Source: Spongiibacteraceae bacterium (lineage in GTDB: Bacteria; Pseudomonadota; Gammaproteobacteria; Pseudomonadales; CAMLJR01). Taken from it: DNA of 64,000 nt. The stretch covers positions 8,208 to 72,207 of the forward strand of contig JAYVWC010000082.1 in NCBI GenBank assembly GCA_043786385.1, given 5' to 3'. Shown here piece by piece: positions 45,099 to 55,405 of this stretch. Numbering within the stretch: position 1 is the stretch's first letter; every line of letters begins with the position of its first letter. Position numbers and translations under genes: made by a program. Under the pieces are notes generated by a model, which searched no databases, was not told where the DNA came from, and saw nothing but the letters and a program-made list of their open reading frames with translations.

Positions 45099-45353
45099 TC
45101 AGTGGCCCGCTTGTTTCAACACCAGTGTTACGATCGAAAACACCGTCGCAATAAACAACAACGTAAACACCACTCCCGCAATAACGTAAACCCGCGCTTT
45201 GCCGTGCTTAAAATCGCGCTCCTGGTTTTTACGGCTTTGCACGCCGATCGCTGCCGATAAGACGCTGCGCAGTACATCTTTTACGCCGAACTCTGATTGC
45301 TCTTCCGGTGGTTGTTGCTGTTTTGGTGGCTGCTTTGAGATATTTTCACTCAT
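45099..45353 (-). CDS. DUF2970-like small membrane protein
   Basis: 84 aa with VLSAAIGVQSRKNQERDFKHGKARVYVIAGVVFTLLFIATVF. It lies downstream of metH on the same strand. Confidence 0.6.
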   Translation of the reverse strand: MSENISKQPPKQQQPPEEQSEFGVKDVLRSVLSAAIGVQSRKNQERDFKHGKARVYVIAGVVFTLLFIATVFSIVTLVLKQAGH

Positions 45354-45397
45354 TGGTTTGCTCTCATCATGGCTGGATTTTCACCAGGCCGAATTGT

Positions 45398-48300
45398 TTA
45401 CGTTGCTGCAGCGTTTGGCACAGGCTGCTCCGCGGGCTCGTAACCTAATGCGGGCATCAGCCAGCGTTCCATTTCCGCAATGGACATACCTTTGCGTTGC
45501 GCAATGCTCTCGACTTGATCGCGCTGAATTTTACCGACCGCAAAATAGTCGGCTTCGGGGTGCGAATAATAGAAGCCGCTGACGCTCGCCGCTGGCAACA
45601 TCGCAAAATGCTCGGTGAGTTCGACGCCGATTTGCTCGGCATCGAGCAGTTTGAACAGTGTGGCTTTTTCGGTGTGATCGGGGCAAGCAGGATAGCCCGG
45701 CGCGGGGCGAATGCCGCGGTAGCGCTCCTTTATCAACGCATCGTTGTCGAGATTTTCATCGCTGGCGTACGCCCAGAATTCGCGCCGTACGCGCAGGTGC
45801 ATATGCTCGGCGAGCGATTCGGCCAAGCGATCGGCGAGCGCGCGCACCATGATGCTGCTGTAATCATCGTTGGCGGCGATAAATTGTTTCGATAATTCAT
45901 CGGCGCCGAGCCCGGTGGTGACGACGAAGCCGCCGATGTAATCGGCCACGCCGCTATCTTTCGGCGCGATAAAATCGGCGAGACTTTGATTCGGCTTACC
46001 ATTCGGTTTTTCGATCTGTTGCCGTAACTGATGCAGCGTGGCTAATGTCTGCGTACGCTCATTGTTAGAGTACACCTCGATATCGTCGCCACCGACGCGA
46101 GCAGCCGGCCAAAAACCAATCGCTGCACTAGCGCGAATTAGTTTTTCATCAACTAGACGTTTGAGCATTGCCTGTGCATCGGCAAATAAATTGCGCGCGG
46201 CTTCGCCGACTTTTTCATCGTCGAGAATGTCCGGGTATTTGCCGGCCAATTCCCAGCTGATAAAAAACGGTGTCCAATCGATCGTTGCGACCAGTTTTTC
46301 CAGCGGATAATTTTCGAACACTTTAACGCCGGTAAATTGTGGTTTCGGCGGCGTGTAATTGCTCCAATCGAGTTGCGGTGCGCGCGCAATCGCTTCGACA
46401 TAGCTGATCGGTTTCGATTTCGGTTGACGATTCGCGTTGCGCACGCGTAACGCTTCGTATTCGCTGCGACAAGCTGCGATAAAGTTGTCTTTCAATTCGT
46501 CGCTGAGCAAATTGCTCGCCACTGAAACGCTGCGTGATGCATCGGGCACGTACACCACTGCATCGTTTTTATATTGTGGTTCGATTTTTACCGCGGTGTG
46601 CGCTTTCGATGTAGTGGCGCCGCCGATCATCAACGGCAAATGGAAATCGAGACGCTGCATTTCGCGCGCGACATGCACCATCTCGTCGAGCGATGGCGTG
46701 ATCAAGCCGCTTAGGCCGATGATGTCGACATTTTTTTCTTTGGCGACGCGCAAAATTTCTTCGCACGACACCATCACGCCGAGATCGATGACTTCATAGT
46801 TGTTGCATTGCAATACCACGCCGACGATATTTTTGCCAATGTCGTGCACATCGCCTTTGACAGTGGCCATTAAAATTCGGCCGTTGGCTTTTGCACCGAC
46901 TTCTTTCGCGGCTTCGATATAAGGCGTTAGGTGGGCGACTGCCTGTTTCATCACGCGCGCACTTTTAACCACTTGCGGCAGAAACATTTTTCCTTGGCCG
47001 AATAAATCGCCGACCACATTCATGCCGTCCATCAGCGGACCTTCGATGACTTGGATCGGACGCGCGAACTGTTGCCGCGCTTCTTCGGTATCTTGTTCGA
47101 TAAATACCGTAATACCTTTCACCAACGCGTGTTCGATGCGCTTGGCCACCGGCCAACTGCGCCACACCAAATCCTCTTCGGGTTTCTTGCCGCCTTCTTT
47201 CGCGTATTTATCGGCGATCTCTAACAGACGTTCGGTGCCGTCGGCGCGCCGATTTAAAATAACGTCTTCGACGCGCTCGCGCAGTTCGGCAGGGATGTCT
47301 TCGTAAATCGCCAATTGACCGGCGTTGACGATGCCCATGCTGAGCCCGGCGCGAATTGCGTGATATAGAAACACCGCGTGAATCGCTTCGCGCATTGGAT
47401 TATTGCCGCGAAACGAGAACGAGACATTACTGATGCCGCCGGAAATTTTTGCGTACGGCAATTCGCGGCGAATAAATTTGCACGAATTGATGAAATCGAC
47501 CGCATAGTTATTGTGTTCGTCGATGCCGGTGGCGACCGCAAACACGTTTGGATCGAAAATAATATCCTCGGGCGGAAAGCCGACTACGTTGACCAGTAAA
47601 TCGTACGAGCGTTTACAAATCGCATTTTTGCGTGCTTCGGTATCGGCCTGACCTTTTTCATCGAATGCCATAACGATAACCGCGGCACCGTAGCGGCGGC
47701 ACAATTTCGCACGCTGAATAAATTCAGCTTCGCCTTCTTTCATGCTGATCGAATTGACGATACATTTGCCTTGCACGCATTTCAAGCCGGCTTCGATCAC
47801 ATCCCATTTGGATGAATCGATCATGATCGGCACGCGCGAAATATCCGGTTCGCCAGCGATTAGATTCAGGAAGGTCACCATCGCCTTCTGCGAATCCAAC
47901 ATGCCTTCGTCCATGTTGATATCGATAATCTGCGCGCCGCTCTCGACTTGTTGCAGCGCTACCGTTAGCGCTGCGGTGTAATTTTCATCGCGAATCAATT
48001 GCGCAAATTTTGCCGAGCCGGTGATATTGGTGCGCTCGCCGACGTTGACGAATAGCGAGCTGTCGTCGATAACAAATGGTTCCAGACCACTGAGATGACA
48101 GGCTTTCTTCAGCTCTGGAATTTTGCGCGGCGGCATCGCGGCAATCGCGTTGGCGACCGCGCGAATATGCGCAGGTGTGGTGCCGCAACAGCCGCCGAGA
48201 ATATTGACCATGCCGCTCTGCGCGAACTCGGCAACGATTTCCGCCATCTCAGCAGCGGATTCGTCGTATTCGCCGAACTCATTCGGCAAGCCGGCGTTCG

Positions 48301-49129
48301 GATGCGCGCTGACCAGCGTATCGGCGCATTGCGATAACGCATACACATACGGCCGTAATTCTTTAGCGCCGAGCGCGCAATTAAGGCCGATGCTAAGCGG
48401 CTTCGCGTGTGCGACCGAATACCAAAATGCTTCAGTGGTTTGTCCCGATAATGTGCGGCCAGAGGCATCGGTAATCGTGCCGGAAATCATAATCGGCAGC
48501 TCGTAGCCGATGTCGTCGAAATAACTGTGCACGGCGAAAATTGCCGCTTTCGCGTTCAACGTGTCGAACACCGTTTCGATCATGATGATATCGGCGCCGC
48601 CATCGATTAAACCTTTGGTGGCTTCGCGATAATTCTCGACCAATAAATCGAAGGTGACATTGCGAAAACCTGGATCGTTGACGTCCGGCGAAATTGTTGC
48701 GGTGCGACTGGTCGGGCCGAGCACGCCCGCTACGAAGCGCGGACGATCAGGCGTTTTCGCGGTCATCGCATCGGCGACGGTGCGGGCGAGCCGCGCACCG
48801 GTGACGTTCAATTCGTAGACTAGTTCCTCCATGCCGTAATCGGCCTGCGAAACTCGCGTCGAGTTAAACGTATTGGTCTCAAGAATATCGGAACCGGCTT
48901 CCAGGTAGGCGGTATGGATCGCGCTGATAATTTGCGGCTGCGTCAATACCAGCAGATCGTTGTTGCCCTTGATGTCGCGGTGATAATCGGCAAAGCGGGT
49001 GCCGCGATAATCGGCCTCTTGCAGCCCGTAAGTCTGGATCATCGTACCCATCGCGCCATCGAGCAGCAGAATGCGTTGCTGCAAGGCTTGCTTGAGGAGG
49101 GCGGTACGATGCTCGCGGTCGGTGCTCAT
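45398..49129 (-). CDS. metH: Cobalamin-dependent methionine synthase
   Basis: 1243 aa with the Hcy-binding and pterin-binding barrels, the B12-binding motif [11 protein letters not shown] (DxHxxG) followed by [10 protein letters not shown], and a C-terminal AdoMet activation domain. Confidence 0.97.
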   Translation of the reverse strand: MSTDREHRTALLKQALQQRILLLDGAMGTMIQTYGLQEADYRGTRFADYHRDIKGNNDLLVLTQPQIISAIHTAYLEAGSDILETNTFNSTRVSQADYGMEELVYELNVTGARLARTVADAMTAKTPDRPRFVAGVLGPTSRTATISPDVNDPGFRNVTFDLLVENYREATKGLIDGGADIIMIETVFDTLNAKAAIFAVHSYFDDIGYELPIMISGTITDASGRTLSGQTTEAFWYSVAHAKPLSIGLNCALGAKELRPYVYALSQCADTLVSAHPNAGLPNEFGEYDESAAEMAEIVAEFAQSGMVNILGGCCGTTPAHIRAVANAIAAMPPRKIPELKKACHLSGLEPFVIDDSSLFVNVGERTNITGSAKFAQLIRDENYTAALTVALQQVESGAQIIDINMDEGMLDSQKAMVTFLNLIAGEPDISRVPIMIDSSKWDVIEAGLKCVQGKCIVNSISMKEGEAEFIQRAKLCRRYGAAVIVMAFDEKGQADTEARKNAICKRSYDLLVNVVGFPPEDIIFDPNVFAVATGIDEHNNYAVDFINSCKFIRRELPYAKISGGISNVSFSFRGNNPMREAIHAVFLYHAIRAGLSMGIVNAGQLAIYEDIPAELRERVEDVILNRRADGTERLLEIADKYAKEGGKKPEEDLVWRSWPVAKRIEHALVKGITVFIEQDTEEARQQFARPIQVIEGPLMDGMNVVGDLFGQGKMFLPQVVKSARVMKQAVAHLTPYIEAAKEVGAKANGRILMATVKGDVHDIGKNIVGVVLQCNNYEVIDLGVMVSCEEILRVAKEKNVDIIGLSGLITPSLDEMVHVAREMQRLDFHLPLMIGGATTSKAHTAVKIEPQYKNDAVVYVPDASRSVSVASNLLSDELKDNFIAACRSEYEALRVRNANRQPKSKPISYVEAIARAPQLDWSNYTPPKPQFTGVKVFENYPLEKLVATIDWTPFFISWELAGKYPDILDDEKVGEAARNLFADAQAMLKRLVDEKLIRASAAIGFWPAARVGGDDIEVYSNNERTQTLATLHQLRQQIEKPNGKPNQSLADFIAPKDSGVADYIGGFVVTTGLGADELSKQFIAANDDYSSIMVRALADRLAESLAEHMHLRVRREFWAYASDENLDNDALIKERYRGIRPAPGYPACPDHTEKATLFKLLDAEQIGVELTEHFAMLPAASVSGFYYSHPEADYFAVGKIQRDQVESIAQRKGMSIAEMERWLMPALGYEPAEQPVPNAAAT

Positions 49130-49188
49130 AAATGCTCCAGTAGGGTTTGGCGGAAAATCTTTTCCAGTGGTGCAGTATAAGAGGGATT

Positions 49189-49222
49189 CAAACCTATATC
49201 AAAAGTTGTTGATATAGGTTTG
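49189..49222. promoter_or_regulatory. 14-bp perfect inverted repeat CAAACCTATATCAA-aagttg-TTGATATAGGTTTG (candidate operator)
   Basis: Read directly from the sequence. It is centred ~75 bp upstream of the metH start codon and ~200 bp upstream of nfuA, in the divergent intergenic region. Confidence 0.5.
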
Positions 49223-49408
49223 CTGGCATTTTTTTGGATTCGCCGTGCTCACCCGAAATACCCGACTGTAGAAGTAGGGCATAGCTTTATGGTAGATTGG
49301 CGATTCTACAGTAACGGCCACCGTGTAACTTGGTGGTTTCCCACTGAAGCCCTATCAGTTTTTGTCGACACACGTTTTGAACAAATGTTTTGCGGGTACA
49401 TGCATCTT

Positions 49409-50023
49409 ATGAATGAGCTTACGATCGATAGCAGCGCGGCTTTAAAGCTGACAATCACCGAGGATGCCCGCGAATACCTCGCCGAGTTGTTAACGAAGCA
49501 GGAGGAGGGTGTGCTCGGTGTGCGCATGTTTATCAATCAGCCTGGCACACCAAAAGCTGAAACCTGCATTGCGTATTGCCGCGCCGACGACAACAAGCCC
49601 GACGATTTGGTGCTGAATTATCCGGAGTTCACCGCGTATTTCGAACGCCGCAGCCTGCCGTTTTTGGAGGATGCGTTAGTCGATTACGCAAAAGATCGCA
49701 TGGGCGGGCAGCTCACGATCAAAGCGCCAAACGCTAAATTACCGCAGGTCGGCGACGATAGTCCGTTGGAGGATCGCGTCAACTATCTGCTGTATAACGA
49801 AGTGAATCCATCGCTGGCGGCACACGGCGGCGAAGTCAGCCTGGTTGAAATCACCAGCGAAGATTTCGCAATTTTAAAATTCGGCGGTGGTTGCCAAGGC
49901 TGCGGTATGGTCGATGTGACACTGAAGCAAGGCGTAGAAAAAACCCTGCTCGAACAAATTCCGCAATTAAAAGGCGTGCGCGATGTGACTGATCACAGCG
50001 ATCGCACGCAGGCGTATATGTAA
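49409..50023 (+). CDS. nfuA: Fe-S cluster biogenesis protein NfuA
   Basis: It has an N-terminal degenerate A-type domain ([13 protein letters not shown]...) and a C-terminal Nfu domain with [15 protein letters not shown]. The start was trimmed from 49220 to the Met at 49409. Confidence 0.85.
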   Translation: MNELTIDSSAALKLTITEDAREYLAELLTKQEEGVLGVRMFINQPGTPKAETCIAYCRADDNKPDDLVLNYPEFTAYFERRSLPFLEDALVDYAKDRMGGQLTIKAPNAKLPQVGDDSPLEDRVNYLLYNEVNPSLAAHGGEVSLVEITSEDFAILKFGGGCQGCGMVDVTLKQGVEKTLLEQIPQLKGVRDVTDHSDRTQAYM

Positions 50024-50078
50024 TGCCGGATGACGCTGATCAGCACCATTCTTGGGTTGCACTGCTGTTAAATTGTAT

Positions 50079-52004
50079 TCACCAATAGAACGAGGCGGAG
50101 GCCTTTATTTCTGAGGCCACATGCTTTTCGTAGGTTAGGCGCCAGTCCCAATCGTGATGGTTCCCAAAGCGGTTTTCCCAATGGATAATCGGATCAACGG
50201 CTCGATTGCCATTCATGTAGGCGCGTTCGCCGACTGCAAATCGGGTGCGCCAGCCGGGCAGAATGTCCCATGCTAAGCCGATGCGTGCCGTCGCTGCGAG
50301 AGTGCCGCTTTCTAAGGCGCTGCTTTGTGCTCGTCCTTCTAACATCCCGTACGCTACCGCGCTCGAAGTGATACGTGCGGCCCTTCCGGCTCCACTTTCA
50401 ATGTTGAATACGGTGCAACTATCGCAACTTAAATCCTGCTGCTCGAAGCCAAATTTTATTTTCCAAGCGTTGCCGCCATCGCCAGGTAAGTTTGTTCGAG
50501 ATAAATTTAACGTTTCGATTTCAACTAAATCTAAGCTTTTAAAGCGCATACGATTATTTTCAAATACGGTACGGAGATCGAACATTGAAAGCGACGAATT
50601 TGGAGCCCTACCGGCATCGAGTGCTAAAAAGTCGTAATACGCAGGTCTGATGCGCAGCTCAATACCACCGCCTAAGTTACTATTTTCGAAGGTGCTGGCT
50701 TGCAACAGCATCGGCGGCTGCCCCTCGTGCGGAGCGGGTGGGTTGTCTGTCGGCCAGATTGAATTGCCACTGGGTAGTCGTAGCCGTTCGATTAACAGGG
50801 CTTGCTTAACGCTTCGATATTTTTCGGGCTGATGCTCATCGGCGCTACGAAATTGATAGTAGTCAATCAGTGTTTCGATCGTTCGAACCTGCTGAGGCTC
50901 AGATAATTGAAGATATTGCTCGGCGTTGAATTGCTGCGGCGTATTTACCAATAATCTGAGCACATGCTGTTCAGCTGGTGAGAGCGCAAAATATTTATCG
51001 TAAAAGCGGTTTTGTCGCGACGGAATGCGTCCTACTTTAGCGACTAATGGCACCCCGTCTCTATCAATTAAGACCAATTTATTAAATACGGTCGATGGAA
51101 TTGCCCACGGTGTGTCGGCTAGTAGAGGCTGCTCGATTACTAGGCTCAATAGCTCGGCAATTGCGGTTGCGCAGTTTTCGCTAAAAAAAAGGTAGTTAAA
51201 TTTAACCCTCAATAACTCCCAGCCATGTGCGACGACCGCATCCGTTTCTGCTTTGCTAAGTGCTAATTGATACTCCCATAAATCGCGTAAATCGACTTCG
51301 GCGTAGCTGTGATTGTGGCGATAAAATTTTTCGTGAGAAAAGCCTGCGTCGTATCCGCCGAGCAAGCCCTTATAAATATAAACAACTCCACTTTCCTGGG
51401 GAGGTACTAACGCACCATAGCTCATGCTCGGATCGAGTAGCTCATTCGCAGCTATTGCATCGGGCGTATTAAATTTTAGTAGCAAGTGTCCGTATAGCGA
51501 TGCGGGATTACTTAGATAACCGGTTGCGAATATCACGCTAATCGAATTGACGCGTCCATTGACTGACCACGCTTGATATTTCTCGCATTTCACATCGGGT
51601 GGTGTTAGCTCGCCCCAATCTAGCGATTTGCGTAACCATTGGTAGCGCGCGACAAATCGACATTGCGGATGTTGATTTAAATCTTCACCGGGTGCTTGAA
51701 AAAATGCCGCTAGCGTCGCGGATAATTCGGCAGATGGGTTTTTAGAGCCCTCTGGAGAGAGGAAAAATTCTGGAGAGATAACGCTACTTTTGACGCCTTG
51801 GTTGTTGTGGGTCTGACGGTAGTGCAATAGTGCGCGCCAATAGCGATTCTCAGATAAATGTAGTTTATCGGCTTGCTGAATCAGGCCTGAGATGTTTGGC
51901 GTTGCATCGAACTCACGATCGGGATGCGTTGGCTGCGCCAACCCGCTTGAGACGAAAGTAATAGTAATTAGTGCAGAAAAAGCGGCAAATAAACTACGGC
52001 GCAT
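50079..52004 (-). CDS. DUF4105-domain periplasmic protein
   Basis: Signal peptide MRRSLFAAFSALITITFVSSGLA. It has the motifs ASLYGHLLLKFN and YLFFSENCATAI, typical of DUF4105 as I recall it. The C-terminal third is beta-rich and ends in ASFYW (OMP-like). Confidence 0.65.
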   Translation of the reverse strand: MRRSLFAAFSALITITFVSSGLAQPTHPDREFDATPNISGLIQQADKLHLSENRYWRALLHYRQTHNNQGVKSSVISPEFFLSPEGSKNPSAELSATLAAFFQAPGEDLNQHPQCRFVARYQWLRKSLDWGELTPPDVKCEKYQAWSVNGRVNSISVIFATGYLSNPASLYGHLLLKFNTPDAIAANELLDPSMSYGALVPPQESGVVYIYKGLLGGYDAGFSHEKFYRHNHSYAEVDLRDLWEYQLALSKAETDAVVAHGWELLRVKFNYLFFSENCATAIAELLSLVIEQPLLADTPWAIPSTVFNKLVLIDRDGVPLVAKVGRIPSRQNRFYDKYFALSPAEQHVLRLLVNTPQQFNAEQYLQLSEPQQVRTIETLIDYYQFRSADEHQPEKYRSVKQALLIERLRLPSGNSIWPTDNPPAPHEGQPPMLLQASTFENSNLGGGIELRIRPAYYDFLALDAGRAPNSSLSMFDLRTVFENNRMRFKSLDLVEIETLNLSRTNLPGDGGNAWKIKFGFEQQDLSCDSCTVFNIESGAGRAARITSSAVAYGMLEGRAQSSALESGTLAATARIGLAWDILPGWRTRFAVGERAYMNGNRAVDPIIHWENRFGNHHDWDWRLTYEKHVASEIKASASFYW

Positions 52005-52084
52005 ATATGAAGTGCTTGAGGGTGTGGGGAAATAAAAGAGCCTGGTATAAAATACCAGGCTCTTTTTAAGCGGCGCTTAAACTG

Positions 52085-52630
52085 TTACGACGCTTGGCAT
52101 TGATTTGCATATTGACCGGAAACTTTTTTATCCAGCAGCAAATAGTATTCCTGAGCTTTTTCGGTGTTGCTCTTCTGTACATAGGACGCGGTATTTACCG
52201 ATTTACTGAAATCGGTGCGCATCGAGGCCAGAATATCTTTTTGAGCAGAGCTGTCACAACCCAGAATGTTCAGCATGGCCGTAACGTGCGAGCCGCTACC
52301 GCTGGCTGTTTCTTCTTCAATGTTAACGTACGTTTCATTGATAAAAAGTGCCGCGACGACTCTTTTTCCTTCACAAGTATTTTTTGATGAAACAGCAGAT
52401 GTCGTAGCAGTGATGCCAGCATCCCAGATAACGTTAGAAATTACGGCGGCCCACTTGGTTTCGTCGAATATCATCGCGCCGATACCGCAATCGGTAAATA
52501 GATTGAGGCCGTCGTCTTTGGAGGCTCTTTCAAGCTTTGGCTTTGCATCTTGAGCCGGTGCGTCGGCATATACTTGGAACGGGGTCGCTAAACAAAATAC
52601 GGCAGCTGCAAAAATAGACCTTTTCAACAT
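52085..52630 (-). CDS. Secreted protein, DUF3015-like
   Basis: Signal peptide MLKRSIFAAAVFCLATPFQVYA. It has DCGIGAMIF...ITATTSAVSSKNTCEG, reminiscent of DUF3015. It is adjacent to the DUF4105 gene. Confidence 0.45.
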   Translation of the reverse strand: MLKRSIFAAAVFCLATPFQVYADAPAQDAKPKLERASKDDGLNLFTDCGIGAMIFDETKWAAVISNVIWDAGITATTSAVSSKNTCEGKRVVAALFINETYVNIEEETASGSGSHVTAMLNILGCDSSAQKDILASMRTDFSKSVNTASYVQKSNTEKAQEYYLLLDKKVSGQYANQCQAS

Positions 52631-52901
52631 GAGGACATTCCCTTTTTGATTTATGTGGACTTAATCTTTTGCGTATAAGTAGTACGGCTTTAACGATAAT
52701 CAATTTATTTCTATATGGCAAGTAATTATATTGGGCGCATAGTGGGTGTGTTAAGCATTCATAAGATACTGGTCGCATGATTTGATGACTTTCTGCCATA
52801 GTTCGGGATTAGAGCTGTGAATGAGCTGTTTTAACTTGGGGGCCGAGCTACTACTCTATCGCGGAGTTATCGCTGATCAGGTGCCATCCGTGGCGACAGT
52901 G

Positions 52902-53942
52902 TTAGCCGGCGCCGATTCGCTGTAGCAACTCTTGATAAAGCGGATTAGCGCCGGGCGATGCGAACATCGGTTGCTCGCCGGCCTGCCGTCGCAATGAATC
53001 GATCAGTGTTAGCAATGCAGCGCCGCGAAACAGCGCAAACGTTTCGTACCAATAAAGATCCTGCAATTGACGGCCAGTTTTCTGCTGGTAGCGATCGAGC
53101 AATTGGTGGCGATCGGGAAAACCGGGCACTTTCTTGCGCGTCAATTTGATAGTCATGTCCTCTTGCGCAAAAAACCACGCGAGATCGTGCTCTGCCGGAC
53201 CGATCGTGCTCATATCCCAATCCAGCACCGCTTTGGGCGCGTAATCATCGCCATAGATGACGTTGCCGTAGCGCACATCGCCCCATAGCAGCACTGGTGC
53301 TGGATCGATGCGCGGTTTATTGGCTACACACCACGCGAGCGAATCGGACAGCACTTGATCCGGCGCGCTGGCGGATGACCACATCAAATAATTCGACCAA
53401 TAATCGAGATCGGCGGCGTTATCGCGCGCCGGAATGTCTTTCGCACACGCCGAGGTAATATCCGCGCTGTGAACGGTGGCGACGATATCGATGAAATGCT
53501 CACTGATGAGCCGCTGTGCAGCGCTGTCGAGTTGCATCAGCCAAGGATCGAATGCCGCAGCGCCGCCAATGACGTGACCCTCAATTTTCGGCATTACCAT
53601 AAACGGTGTGCCGAGCCACTGCGGATCGGTTTCGGTGGTGAACGGCTGCGCCAATACCACACCGGTGGTGGCGGCGAGTCGCAGCGATGCATCCTGCGCG
53701 ATTAAGCTGTAATTGCTGTGGATACCGCTGCTCGATTCGGGTGCCATGCGTATCACCCAGGATGATGACTTTACGTCGGTGTTTTCTTGCCACGTAACAT
53801 CGATCATGGCGATTTCGCTAGCAAAACCGCCCGTTGGAAATACCGGTTCGCTAATAAGAATATCGCTAACGCCGCGCGTATGTGTTAGCCAGCGTGCGAA
53901 TCCGGTTTTCAATAATTCGGTGTCGAGATGTTTGGTCGGCAT
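52902..53942 (-). CDS. Phosphotransferase-family (APH/choline-kinase fold) protein
   Basis: It has the Brenner/APH motifs LLWGDVRYGNVIY and VLDWDMSTIGPAEHDLAWF. Confidence 0.8.
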   Translation of the reverse strand: MPTKHLDTELLKTGFARWLTHTRGVSDILISEPVFPTGGFASEIAMIDVTWQENTDVKSSSWVIRMAPESSSGIHSNYSLIAQDASLRLAATTGVVLAQPFTTETDPQWLGTPFMVMPKIEGHVIGGAAAFDPWLMQLDSAAQRLISEHFIDIVATVHSADITSACAKDIPARDNAADLDYWSNYLMWSSASAPDQVLSDSLAWCVANKPRIDPAPVLLWGDVRYGNVIYGDDYAPKAVLDWDMSTIGPAEHDLAWFFAQEDMTIKLTRKKVPGFPDRHQLLDRYQQKTGRQLQDLYWYETFALFRGAALLTLIDSLRRQAGEQPMFASPGANPLYQELLQRIGAG

Positions 53943-53969
53943 CAGAATCTCCTAATGGATTTTAATGAA

Positions 53970-55133
53970 TTACGGATCGATACCGTTGGCGGTCAAGCCG
54001 ATATCGGGATGCGCACCTTTGATCAACGTTTGTAAATCGCCATAGCCGACGCCGCCGCTCTCATCTTCAACGCGCACCAGCGCCATGCGGTGATGTCTTA
54101 CATTGGGTAATGCTGATTCGTCGGTGCAATCGGCGATGTAATCGCCGTCGCAATGTGATTTACCGCGCCACTCGCCGTGGTAATGGCCGCCGTAGCTGCC
54201 ATACAAAGCAGTGGCGAGATGGAAGCCGGTGTTCGATACCGGCGTGAAGCGATAGGTGTGCTCGACGCCTTGGGCATCGACCGCGCTAAATGTGCCGCCG
54301 AGAATGCGGCGAGTGCGATCGTCGAAACGCAGATTTGGTTTGCCGCTGACAAATAATGTGCGCTTACCGTTGGCATGCTCGATGCCACCCTGGAATGAAT
54401 GATGCGCGAAGCCGGGCCCGGAGTAATTTTGATAATAAAAATGCAGCCCGTAATGAGAGCCGTCCGGGCGCTGACAGTAGACGGGAAACCACAACGCGTA
54501 GAGTGCAATGCCTGCCGGCGTTTTTGCCGGAGCGAGTTCTTTCTCCGGCGGACCTACACTGTAGCGCACACCCCACGAGCGATCGCGTGTGGCCACCCAG
54601 TCGGAGCTGAATTCTTTTTTTACGCTATCGATCGAATACCAGCCGGTTGCAGAGCCTGTTTGATGAAAGCGCAGCAGATCGGCATTAACGCGATAACCGT
54701 CGCGGCTGAGATGTATTTCGCGCTCTTCGGGAAACGGTGGAATTTCGGATTCGGCGATCCACTCGAACGCGATCGGCTGCGCATCGTTTTCCGCGAGCGA
54801 AAACCGAATCACGCGTTTTGGTTTCATCTCCAGAATTTCATAGCGCAGCGGGCCGATTTGCGTAGTCTCCGAATCGGCGCCTAGCTCGCGGCTAGCGCGC
54901 ACCGTCCATTGTTCTTTGCCGCGCGAAATACCGGCCCAGCCATCCATCACATTGCGATTGATGTATTTGCCGAGACCGAAGGCTAATTGCACCGAGCCAT
55001 CTTTTGCCGCAGACATCGCGCAGACTTTCTCAGTCCACGATTTCTCCGATTGACTGACGCGACCAAAAGTATCTGCCGTTTGATGGATCAGTAATTCATC
55101 GGAGGGCAGCAGGATGCCTTGATTGTTGTACAT
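53970..55133 (-). CDS. Hypothetical protein, co-oriented with the phosphotransferase gene
   Basis: 387-aa ORF with coherent coding potential and a 27-nt gap to the downstream kinase-fold gene. No family was recognised with confidence. Confidence 0.55.
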   Translation of the reverse strand: MYNNQGILLPSDELLIHQTADTFGRVSQSEKSWTEKVCAMSAAKDGSVQLAFGLGKYINRNVMDGWAGISRGKEQWTVRASRELGADSETTQIGPLRYEILEMKPKRVIRFSLAENDAQPIAFEWIAESEIPPFPEEREIHLSRDGYRVNADLLRFHQTGSATGWYSIDSVKKEFSSDWVATRDRSWGVRYSVGPPEKELAPAKTPAGIALYALWFPVYCQRPDGSHYGLHFYYQNYSGPGFAHHSFQGGIEHANGKRTLFVSGKPNLRFDDRTRRILGGTFSAVDAQGVEHTYRFTPVSNTGFHLATALYGSYGGHYHGEWRGKSHCDGDYIADCTDESALPNVRHHRMALVRVEDESGGVGYGDLQTLIKGAHPDIGLTANGIDP

Positions 55134-55314
55134 GTGCTCGCCTTATATTGCCCGAAATAAATCAGTGTAATTTGAAAGCGATCCAGCTTGCAAAATAACT
55201 TCAGGACGTTGCAGTAATTTAATGCTGGACTGTAGAAAGCGAGAGTGATCGCGGTTCGCGGCAACAGCACAACCCCGCGCTTCGCAATGATTTGTCCTAT
55301 CGCTTCGATATGTT

Positions 55315-55365
55315 GTTTAATGCCGCAGCTAGTTTAATGCCGCAGCTAGTTTAAAGACGCAACTA
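55315..55365. repeat. 17-bp tandem repeat x3 (GTTTAATGCCGCAGCTA x2, then GTTTAAAGACGCAACTA)
   Basis: Read directly from the sequence, 40 nt upstream of the CPBP protease gene. Confidence 0.9.
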
Positions 55366-55405
55366 TTATGGATCGTACAATTTACTGCTGAAAGATAGGA
55401 ATCAC

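Noticed and set aside
49220-49408. 63-codon N-terminal extension of nfuA
   Set aside because: The extension covers the palindrome and promoter region and has no similarity to NfuA. NfuA homology starts at MNELTIDSS, giving a normal ~200-aa protein.
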